Under the pieces are notes generated by a model. The model did no database searches, was not told the DNA's origin, and saw only the letters and a program-made list of their open reading frames with translations. From Methanotrichaceae archaeon (GTDB lineage: Archaea > Halobacteriota > Methanosarcinia > Methanotrichales > Methanotrichaceae): DNA of 64,000 nt. The stretch's first letter is position 1. Each line of letters begins with the position of its first letter. The stretch is from positions 64,001 through 128,000 of the forward strand of contig CAWDLW010000023.1 in assembly GCA_963803145.1 (NCBI GenBank), written 5' to 3'. Both the position numbers and the translations under genes were made by a program. Below, in pieces: positions 11,222 to 19,101 of this stretch.

Positions 11222-11557
11222 CTAATAATTGCCTCCGTGAAGTCTGCCGAACGTTCCCAGACGGAAACTGTCGAAATCATTGTAGTATCGTGGATAATAA
11301 TAGGGAGGATAATAAGTGCTGTAAATTGGGTAATAAATTGAATGGTAGATCGGATAATCTTCCCACCCCCAATAGTACATTGTATCGTAATATATTGGAT
11401 TTTCGTAATAGACCGGATAGTAATATGGTCCATAGGGATATATCGGCCCAACGCCGAGCCAATCTTGAGATGATTCCGAATTCCAATGTCCATGTCCAGA
11501 AGCTGCTCCTGCAAAGATGCCGAGGAGGAAGAGAGATAAACATAATAGCTTTATCAT
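11222..11557 (-). CDS. Small secreted Tyr/Pro-rich protein
   Basis: Signal-peptide-like N-terminus, then repeated YYP/YP motifs. Confidence 0.6.
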   Translation of the reverse strand: MIKLLCLSLFLLGIFAGAASGHGHWNSESSQDWLGVGPIYPYGPYYYPVYYENPIYYDTMYYWGWEDYPIYHSIYYPIYSTYYPPYYYPRYYNDFDSFRLGTFGRLHGGNY

Positions 11558-11720
11558 AATTTACTCGCCATAGTAATATCTACCTAGGAAAATTTAAAGT
11601 TATCTCTTCACACAAATTCTGTTAATAAGCTCTATTCCCGAATCCTATTGCTAAATCAGTAGTCAAATAGTGTAGATTAATTTAGAGGATAATATCGTCT
11701 TTCCTAACGGTTCATCTCCT

Positions 11721-13136
11721 TCAAGTCTCAGTATTGTTCTTAGTTCTTTTTTGCCTTAAATTATAGCGTCGGATGAGATATAAAGCGAGAATGGTAGCAA
11801 CGATGATCAGTCCCTCTGAAAAGAACAGAGCGCCCCGATAGCCGATAACCCTCGATGCAGGACTGCTTCCAATAGATAGCGCAACTGTCGTCACAACTAC
11901 GCTCGCTACACTCACTCCGATTGCTGCCCCGATCTGCTGTGCAGTGGTCAGCAGGCCAGCTGCCAGTCCCTGACGCGCTGACTCTACTCCTGTCGTACCT
12001 GCAATGTTCAGGGATACGATGGCAGAGACTAGGCCTATCCCACCAAAGTAGTAGAAGAGCATTAGCGTCACTAGTGAGCTTTCAATGTTTATGGTGGTCA
12101 AGCCTGCAACACCAATGCCGAACATGAAGAGGCCGATGATCATCATTTTTCGAAAACCTATCCTTTTGATGGCTCGGGGTGCAAGGGTTGCTCCAGTTAG
12201 GCCTCCGAGACCAGCTGGAATGAAGATAAGACCTGTCTCCAGGGGAGAGTAACCCCTCACTTCCTGGAGGAACAGTGTGATGATGAACACAAGTGCGGCA
12301 TTCGCTCCGAAGGCCAGGAACATGATCAGATCGGATATAACTATTGTTCGGCGACCGAAGATGTCAAGAGGTACAAGTGGGATGCCGACCCTCCGCTCTA
12401 CAAAGATAAAGCTCAATGCCAGCACTATCGATAGAAAAAGAAGTATAACCACCTCCACAAAAGATTCACCCGGGACGGAAATTTGAGTGATTGCATAAAC
12501 GATAGTGAGAAGTGAAGTAGTCACAAGCACTGCACCTGTTACGTCAAAGCCTCTCTTTTGCTGGTTTTTCGATTGATCGGGTAAGATTAGAAATCCAGCA
12601 ATGATTGCAATGGCACCAATAGGCACGTTGACGAAGAAGACCCAGTGCCAGGAGAGAGAGCTTGTCAGAATGCCTCCAAGGATAACGCCAGTGGTGAAGC
12701 CTATAGCAGCCATGGAGCTGAAGATGCCGAGTGCCTTGTTCCTCTCGCTCCCCTCTGAGAAGGTTGTTGTGATGAGAGACAGCGCAGATGGAGAGAGCAT
12801 GGATGCGCCGAGCCCCTGAACGGCTCTGGAAATAAAAATCATGACTGCTGATGTAGCCAGACCTCCCAAGAGTGACGCCAAAGAAAAAACAGTCAGACCG
12901 ATCAGGAAGATCATCTTCCTACTGAACAGGTCGGAGGCTCGGCCTCCAAGTAGAAGGAAACCGCCGAAGGTCAATGCGTAGGCGCTGACAACCCACTGCA
13001 GCTTTGTAGGTGTTAGATGGAATTGTGACTGGATCGAGGGCAGTGCGACGTTAACAATGGAGAAGTCAAGGACTATCATGAGCTGAGCTAAAGATAGCAG
13101 AACAAGAATCAGGAGCGATGCGTGGGGACGTTCCAT
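11721..13136 (-). CDS. MFS drug:H+ antiporter (EmrB/QacA, DHA2 type)
   Basis: LDFSIVNVALPSI, GGRASDLFSRK, WHWVFFVNVPIG; many hydrophobic segments. Confidence 0.92.
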   Translation of the reverse strand: MERPHASLLILVLLSLAQLMIVLDFSIVNVALPSIQSQFHLTPTKLQWVVSAYALTFGGFLLLGGRASDLFSRKMIFLIGLTVFSLASLLGGLATSAVMIFISRAVQGLGASMLSPSALSLITTTFSEGSERNKALGIFSSMAAIGFTTGVILGGILTSSLSWHWVFFVNVPIGAIAIIAGFLILPDQSKNQQKRGFDVTGAVLVTTSLLTIVYAITQISVPGESFVEVVILLFLSIVLALSFIFVERRVGIPLVPLDIFGRRTIVISDLIMFLAFGANAALVFIITLFLQEVRGYSPLETGLIFIPAGLGGLTGATLAPRAIKRIGFRKMMIIGLFMFGIGVAGLTTINIESSLVTLMLFYYFGGIGLVSAIVSLNIAGTTGVESARQGLAAGLLTTAQQIGAAIGVSVASVVVTTVALSIGSSPASRVIGYRGALFFSEGLIIVATILALYLIRRYNLRQKRTKNNTET

Positions 13137-13339
13137 CTTACAACCATTTATGAATCAATAACATTGGAATTAATCATATAATTAAGGCTGCAAGATATAA
13201 ATATTTTCTATCATCGAACTTTCATGTTTATTTCTAGCTATGCCCTTTCTTCCAACTAATTGCCTAATAAAGGACCTTAACTGGCTTACTTAATGTCAGT
13301 ACTGAGAGCTATATGACAGTGGCCCCATAGCTACTAAAT

Positions 13340-13552
13340 TTATGTTTTATCAGCCCCGCCCCTATCCTTCTGCGCCTTCACCAGCTCTCCGTATGCCTTT
13401 CCCGATTCAGTTAGCACAATTGTCTCTTTCCGCACCTCGATCAGCCCCGCCAGCTCCAGGCGATGCAGGTGGTAGTCCAGCATATTAGGCCCAACAGCGT
13501 TGGCGATCTCTGGAACGGTCAGACAACCTTCGTTCATCAGAAGGAGAAGAGC
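13340..13552 (-). pseudogene. 5'-truncated ArsR-like winged-helix regulator
   Basis: ALLLLMNEGCLTVPEIA..LDYHLHRLELAGLIE; in-frame TAA directly before ALLLL, so the first helix appears missing. Confidence 0.5.
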
Positions 13553-13591
13553 TTAGAACATGTTCAAGCTACTGATAGCGAAAAAAATGGC

Positions 13592-13939
13592 TCAGATCTT
13601 CATCCTCTTGAACTCTTCGAGCTCCTCAGGAGTAAAGAACTCCCGCCATTCTTTCGGTATCACTAAAAGCACCGAGCGACCGCCTCGCACGGCTCTTTCT
13701 GTCTTTACAAGGCCCTTATTCACAAGCCTCATCACGGCGCCATGGACTTTCCCAGGGGTCCAGTCCATAATTTTCGATAGCTCATAAACACTTAGGCCCG
13801 GAGTATCGTCCACTTTTTCGTATAATTCCCAGTCAGATTCTCCGCTTAGTTCGCGCCGCCTATGGGTTGCTCTGGTCGTGACGGATGCCATACCAATAAT
13901 TGGAGGTCGATCCTTTATAAACGTTTTGGTATATTCCAT
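13592..13939 (-). CDS. Winged-helix DNA-binding protein
   Basis: PGLSVYELSKIMDWTPGKVHGAVMRLVNKGLV; true start may be the internal Met (MASV). Confidence 0.7.
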   Translation of the reverse strand: MEYTKTFIKDRPPIIGMASVTTRATHRRRELSGESDWELYEKVDDTPGLSVYELSKIMDWTPGKVHGAVMRLVNKGLVKTERAVRGGRSVLLVIPKEWREFFTPEELEEFKRMKI

Positions 13940-14005
13940 ACGTAAAGGAATATTCCAAGACGATTAAGCGTAAGGTTTATATCGTTTTGGAATATTCTAT
14001 AGTAT

Positions 14006-14260
14006 ATGCTGAGGAGATTTGAGATAGCAGTTCTACAAAGCGTTTGCAAGGCCACGAGGATGAGCAAGGCGTCGCATGTGCCTGAGCAGGCGTTTTTGAA
14101 GAGGTTTCCAGGCGCGGAGCGCGAGGCACGAAAGACTTTGAAGAAACTCATAAGCCTCGGATATGTGAAAATGCATCCAACGCGCGGCGGGATGACTTAT
14201 GATCTAACGGATGTTGGGTGGAGTTTATGCCAGAAATTGAGAGAGCAGGTCCCAAAGTGA
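14006..14260 (+). CDS. Small winged-helix-like protein
   Basis: ARKTLKKLISLGYV..TYDLTDVG; divergent from the previous gene. Confidence 0.6.
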   Translation: MLRRFEIAVLQSVCKATRMSKASHVPEQAFLKRFPGAEREARKTLKKLISLGYVKMHPTRGGMTYDLTDVGWSLCQKLREQVPK

Positions 14261-14454
14261 TCTTTTTGCGTTGGGCGCTGAGGGAGAGGGCGCACTGAAA
14301 ACTTTTGCGTTGGCCTTCTAAAGTCTATAGCGCCGGCGCCAGGCCTGACAGCACTCCCGGAGGGGTCGATACATTTCGGTTAATTCTTTGGATCTTTGAA
14401 AATTGAAATATAATTTCAGTTGAATTCATGCAATGAGAAAATTTGCAGCGATGC

Positions 14455-14545
14455 GCAGCGCTGCAAGCTGAGGACGTAGCCGGACGTACTTCGGCTATGT
14501 TCCTGTACTGTTGGCTACTTTCTCGACGTGGATGGTCTTGAGGAG
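14455..14545. repeat. Direct repeat copy A (91 bp)
   Basis: First 28 bp GCAGCGCTGCAAGCTGAGGACGTAGCCG identical to 15458-15485; remainder alignable. Confidence 0.9.
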
Positions 14546-15103
14546 TTGCTGAGTGCCGAAGTTCCAGGGATATAGGGATTCGATCAACACATGTACTCGC
14601 GTGGGATCGGAGATCGGAACATATTTAGCGAAGTAGATATTACTTTCCGGTGGCGATGAAGAGATAGAAGTAAATGCTCCTGTTGTATTATCTATTGATA
14701 GCAGTGTCGCATTGTTGAAAGCCGAATCTTTGAATGGCGTCCCAAACAACAAGGCGTATCTTATATCTGGAATCAAATATCTCTGAAGCAATTCATTGGA
14801 TACAATCGGTTGATCTCTATCATATTCTTCCAGTGCAATCGTTGCATCTGACGTCTTATTTGATATAGAGATGTAAAAGGTTGTGCGATTGCCACCGCCC
14901 AAGCCTGTTACTGCTTCACGGGTTACTCCTATCACGTTTCGAGAATAAGAGTTCTTAGGGACGCCCAAATCAAACGACACCTTATATGGTACGCCTAATG
15001 ACATATTATTAAACTGCCCGCCGACGATTATGCTGTCTTTTTCTGCTGATGCTATCGAGGCAAGGCACAATAGCGATACTAAGATTAAGGCTAATATCTT
15101 CAT
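14495..15103 (-). CDS. Secreted protein of unknown function
   Basis: Signal peptide MKILALILVSLLCLASIASA; several NxS/T sequons. Confidence 0.8.
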   Translation of the reverse strand: MKILALILVSLLCLASIASAEKDSIIVGGQFNNMSLGVPYKVSFDLGVPKNSYSRNVIGVTREAVTGLGGGNRTTFYISISNKTSDATIALEEYDRDQPIVSNELLQRYLIPDIRYALLFGTPFKDSAFNNATLLSIDNTTGAFTSISSSPPESNIYFAKYVPISDPTRVHVLIESLYPWNFGTQQLLKTIHVEKVANSTGT

Positions 15104-15198
15104 GATCGATGCTTAAGCACAACATCGGGCTAAAAAACTTTTGGTTTGCTTGAAGGGGGAATACTTTAATATAGTACTTCAAGTACTGACCTGAGATT

Positions 15199-15429
15199 AT
15201 GAGGAGAAGTAGGGATGAGATCATGGCCAATATTCTAGAGGTCTGTCTTGTCGGCGCCAGTAAAACAAAGGTAGTTTATGGGAGCAATCTTAACTTTAGA
15301 AACGTGGTCCCTTACCTCGATTCCCTGAAGAAGAATGGGTCTATTGTCTCAGTGAATGGAAAATATAAGACCTCAGAAAAAGGAAAGCAGCTTTTGGCCC
15401 TGCTCAGGGAAATGCGAAAATTCTTCTAG
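15199..15429 (+). CDS. Archaeal winged-helix regulator (RRSR..I..IL family)
   Basis: MRRSRDEIMANILEVC..ASKTKVVYGSNLNF..YKTSEKG. Confidence 0.85.
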   Translation: MRRSRDEIMANILEVCLVGASKTKVVYGSNLNFRNVVPYLDSLKKNGSIVSVNGKYKTSEKGKQLLALLREMRKFF

Positions 15430-15457
15430 GGCTAGATTTGATGCTTTTATCCTCCGG

Positions 15458-15548
15458 GCAGCGCTGCAAGCTGAGGACGTAGCCGAAATACATTCAGCTA
15501 CGTTTCTGTACTATTGGCCGTTTTCTCAAAGCGTGTGGTTTTGAGGAG
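15458..15548. repeat. Direct repeat copy B (91 bp); orphan 3' end of a paralogue of 14495-15103
   Basis: Minus strand reads LLKTTRFEKTANSTET* versus LLKTIHVEKVANSTGT*. Confidence 0.85.
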
Positions 15549-15566
15549 CCGCATATAAGCCAAAGC

Positions 15567-16325
15567 TTAGATTATGCCTCCTTCGATCTCCATCCACTTG
15601 GGCCAGGGTGGATTGGGCGGCAAGAACTTAGGGGTTTCTCCTGGATTGATTGCATACCATGTAAATGTGGTATTGCTAAATGCAGCTCTGGCATCGTTAG
15701 TCACAAGGCTGCGATGCAATGCGGTGAGAGCATACAATTTGTCATAGTTGAATAATGAATTATAGGGAGCCACCTTAAGAGAGTGATTGTAATCTTCAAG
15801 CGCTTCTTCCCATCGGCCTGCCTTGGCGAGCTCCAGCCCTTTATCATTTATGATATGGGCTTTTACATCCTCCACTAAAGGCTTTGTTGAGTTGCGCTCA
15901 TCCAGCGAGCTTAATTCTAGCGATCTATTGAGGCAATCAAGCGATTGATTATAAAGGCTATCAGCATTAGAGATATTTTCTCCCTTGGTTATCTGTAGGT
16001 CCTCAGCATACATTTTAAGAGTCCAGGCTTTCAGATACCAAAAACTAGAGTCACGTGGATTGATTTTTATGGCCTCATCAACAGCATCAAGAGCTTGAGT
16101 ATATCGGCAAGAATTGGCGAAATAATAAATTATATTATCCAATCTATCAGTGTTATTTGTGTTAAGCTTCTTGGCATTATCGAAGGCCTGGACGGCCTGA
16201 TCGATCTTGTTTTGGTTCTCTAGATCAAAGCCTTTTTTATACCAATCTATTGCAATCTCTCTTTCAGCCAACGCCATCGTGGTAAAACAAAGAAGCGATG
16301 CCAATATTAGCGCCGATATCTTCAT
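15567..16325 (-). CDS. Secreted TPR-repeat protein
   Basis: Signal peptide MKISALILASLLCF; WYKKG..A..FD.A and A..INPRDS..WYLKA TPR patterns. Confidence 0.85.
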   Translation of the reverse strand: MKISALILASLLCFTTMALAEREIAIDWYKKGFDLENQNKIDQAVQAFDNAKKLNTNNTDRLDNIIYYFANSCRYTQALDAVDEAIKINPRDSSFWYLKAWTLKMYAEDLQITKGENISNADSLYNQSLDCLNRSLELSSLDERNSTKPLVEDVKAHIINDKGLELAKAGRWEEALEDYNHSLKVAPYNSLFNYDKLYALTALHRSLVTNDARAAFSNTTFTWYAINPGETPKFLPPNPPWPKWMEIEGGII

Positions 16326-16443
16326 GATCGATCCTCGTACAAATGACAGGCTAAAAAGTTTTTGGTTGATCCTGGGGAAAATAAAATATAGTTAAGGCCA
16401 CTCATAGAATACATCTTCAGTCGTGAGCTGGAGGTGCGCGAAG

Positions 16444-16638
16444 TTAAGCCGAAATAGCAACGGCTTCAGGAGCCTTTAGAGGGTTTTCAGTCGTTGCTTT
16501 TTCTGGCGTTTCTATAACCGCAATTGTGATATCAACTAATGCTTTTTTTCCAAGTACCCCAAGCTTCTTCCTTGTAGCAACTGGCACTTGAATTCTACCT
16601 CTTTCATCAATCTCTACTTGAGTAGTTGCTTCGCGCAT
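16444..16638 (-). CDS. AbrB/MazE/SpoVT-family regulator
   Basis: VEIDERGRIQVPVATRKKLG. Confidence 0.85.
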   Translation of the reverse strand: MREATTQVEIDERGRIQVPVATRKKLGVLGKKALVDITIAVIETPEKATTENPLKAPEAVAISA

Positions 16639-16661
16639 ATACTCATAATATGCTCTTTTTG

Positions 16662-16710
16662 TTTATATACTTTACCTTTTTTTACCCAAAATTTGGGTAA
16701 AGCTTAAATA
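16662..16710. promoter_or_regulatory. Divergent promoters with a palindromic operator
   Basis: TTTACCCAAA-A-TTTGGGTAAA at 16681-16701 between TTTATATA and CTTAAATA boxes. Confidence 0.65.
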
Positions 16711-16744
16711 GAACGTTGAATATATTGGGGATAGGTGAATCGCG

Positions 16745-17260
16745 GTGATTGCAACTCAAGCTTCTCAAGTCGTCCAGCGCATCTCCTACGATGTGCTGAT
16801 GCATGATGGTTCGAGCCACTCCTTCGCAATCGAGCAGATCCCCGAAGGGTTCAGGCTAAACCCTGTATTCACAATCAATATGTGGCGGCTCTATGGCCAC
16901 ATGAGCCACAAGACCTATCTTACCATCGAAGCTCTCCTGGATGATGCCTGCCCTGGGTGGAGCTCATACAATCTCTATATTCCACAAAAGCCAAGGAGTG
17001 CTCGCGAAGAGACAGCGCTAATCAAGAAATCTCTTGAGAGCAATGGGATTCAAGCTCGCGTGATGCACTATAGGGGCGCCCTCGTGATCGAGCTGGGAAG
17101 GCCAATCCAATCTGGCGACTGGGATCATGTCAGATCGATTGCTGAGGGGGCACTCGGGGAAGCAGGACGATTCGCATATGGCGGCTTACACGTCTTCGAA
17201 AAGTTCGAAGGCAAAAAGAAAGCGGGGTGGGGAAGGGGAAACAGGAGGATGTTTTTTTGA
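16745..17260 (+). CDS. Hypothetical early protein
   Basis: 171 aa ORF with AGGTGA SD. Confidence 0.65.
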   Translation: MIATQASQVVQRISYDVLMHDGSSHSFAIEQIPEGFRLNPVFTINMWRLYGHMSHKTYLTIEALLDDACPGWSSYNLYIPQKPRSAREETALIKKSLESNGIQARVMHYRGALVIELGRPIQSGDWDHVRSIAEGALGEAGRFAYGGLHVFEKFEGKKKAGWGRGNRRMFF

Positions 17261-17448
17261 AGCGAAGGACTGCAAGAAATCGTGCACAGATTGAGGCTTG
17301 GATAAGACAGATTCATGATTTGGCCGATAAAGCTTCGCGTGAAATGGAAAATGTGCTTGGCGCAGATTCACCAGCATCGGCCACTATTGGCAATATTATG
17401 TGTAATGCTGATGATGGACTGGCCGAGCTCAGAGATGAATGGAAATGA
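17257..17448 (+). CDS. Hypothetical helical protein
   Basis: TTG start overlapping the previous stop; AGGAGG SD. Confidence 0.55.
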   Translation: MKRRTARNRAQIEAWIRQIHDLADKASREMENVLGADSPASATIGNIMCNADDGLAELRDEWK

Positions 17449-17506
17449 TACTTTCGCTTTGCTCTCGGCAAAAATTCAAAGAATAGGAAGCCAACTTTCG
17501 CGAAGA

Positions 17507-17677
17507 ATGAGATACATATCCCTGAGGGAGGCCAGAGAGAGGCGAGCCAAAGGTATAATCGACCCTGCAGAGGATAGATGCATGGAATGCCATAGCGTTC
17601 TAACTCCGATATTCAGGGGCGGTGCATTGATATTCAGGTGCAAAAAATGCGAAAACAAGAGGCGAAGAAAAAATTGA
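17507..17677 (+). CDS. Small zinc-ribbon protein
   Basis: CMEC-x16-CKKC; start uncertain. Confidence 0.6.
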   Translation: MRYISLREARERRAKGIIDPAEDRCMECHSVLTPIFRGGALIFRCKKCENKRRRKN

Positions 17678-17731
17678 GATTACATTCGCGGCACGATACC
17701 AGAAATAATATAAGTAAGAACTTAGAATCAG

Positions 17732-17914
17732 AGCTTAAAGAAACTGAGCGCTGAAAGAGCGCCCAAGCTAAGAGTATGGGCCGGACAAAACCCTTCGGTC
17801 GCCAAACTTTCGGGTTTTGTCACAGCAAATACTAGTATAGGACTAGCCCTGATATATAACAGTAGCCCCCTAAACACTAGTATGCTGTTTGGCCAACTCT
17901 TGAAAGGGGTTGGC
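17732..17914 (+). ncRNA. Putative structured leader RNA
   Basis: Nested stems read by eye, downstream of TATAAGTA near 17709. Confidence 0.45.
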
Positions 17915-18152
17915 AAAGATGAGTAAAAACCTTGACCATGAGATACTGAAGTTGGTCGCGAAAGAACCTGGAATTTCAAAATCCAGTGTCATAAAACGAC
18001 TAAAAAATATTGCAAGCAGAGACACTATAATTAAGCATATATATAAATTGTGTGCTGAAAATTATATAAAGCTGAACCTGGACACTGTTCTCGAACCGCT
18101 TAAGAAGTGCAAGGAAGCGGTCAAGGGCTTTGGAGAGGATGAAAATGAATAG
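17910..18152 (+). CDS. Winged-helix DNA-binding protein
   Basis: EILKLVAKEPGISKSSVIKRL..SRDTIIKHIYKL. Confidence 0.7.
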   Translation: MAKMSKNLDHEILKLVAKEPGISKSSVIKRLKNIASRDTIIKHIYKLCAENYIKLNLDTVLEPLKKCKEAVKGFGEDENE

Positions 18153-18194
18153 TCCTCTCTCCGTAAGTCTTCAGCCTTCTAATTATCAACATGT

Positions 18195-18497
18195 GGGCCA
18201 CTGTGAATTAAAACTCATCCCTCCTTGTGATGGTGTCGCAGTGGCGCCAACCCCAATCACCGTGGGTCGGGTCTGTTCTTGGCTTCATCTGCATCTGATC
18301 ACCTCCCCGACCCTCTCCATTATCAATGTGCTCCGCCGCATCTCGTTTATTACCCCCTCATGCTACTCCTTGAATGTGGCGGGGCAATCCCTATCAGTGC
18401 CCCAGCTAATCGCAAAGCTAATCCTAATGACAGGCTGGGGCTCCCTCCATGATGATAAGCCCGCCAGTTCCTTAACCTCCTTTTCATCGGGCGGGCT
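18195..18497 (+). ncRNA. Array of five stem-loops with anti-SD-like loops (putative sRNA array)
   Basis: Stems 18197-206/18236-245, 18264-271/18306-313, 18330-341/18374-385, 18399-406/18434-441, 18458-465/18490-497; G-U pairs favour the + strand. Confidence 0.6.
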
Positions 18498-18561
18498 CCT
18501 AACTATTGCGAGGCTCATCATTCTGGCAGCCTGCATATTCTATGTCCTGAAGGCGATCTGA

Positions 18562-19101
18562 ATGTTCGACATCAGAAAAGCCCATGTGCTTATGGATCAT
18601 TTCTTCGATGATGAGTACAAAGTAACATCTTCACCAATCATAAGAGAGCTTCATAGGACATTATCGGGATCTCTCGAACAGATCTCAGAACTCGAAGACC
18701 AGAATAAGATCCTCTGGGAAAATATCCAGGAAGGATCCATACTACTGAATCTCGGGGCCAGTATAATACAGAATCTCACACAATTGAGGATCAGGGACAT
18801 CAAGAAAATAAAAGCTCTGAGAGAGGAGATTTCCGATTCAGAAAAAAGAAATGCGGACCTGCAAAAATGCATAGAAAAGGATGCAGAGGGCGTATTCTCT
18901 GGAAAAGTCCAGCAGCTTGAAAATGCTCTGATAAAAGAGCGGGCCAATAGAATAATATCCCGCCAGAAGGTTTTCCAGAATTGTAAACACTATTGTCCAG
19001 TCTGCAATAATATCAGAATATGTGTATTGAAAGACTGCCCTGCTAAAGACTTCTTCATAGATGAGGCAAGAAAGGAGCTCGACGCAGAGGGGGCGGTCTG
19101 A
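18562..19101 (+). CDS. Coiled-coil protein with a Cys cluster
   Basis: Heptad-rich; CKHYCPVC..C..DC. Confidence 0.65.
   Translation: MFDIRKAHVLMDHFFDDEYKVTSSPIIRELHRTLSGSLEQISELEDQNKILWENIQEGSILLNLGASIIQNLTQLRIRDIKKIKALREEISDSEKRNADLQKCIEKDAEGVFSGKVQQLENALIKERANRIISRQKVFQNCKHYCPVCNNIRICVLKDCPAKDFFIDEARKELDAEGAV

Noticed and set aside
13140-14450. tRNA integration target
   Set aside because: No cloverleaf or T-loop consensus found by eye
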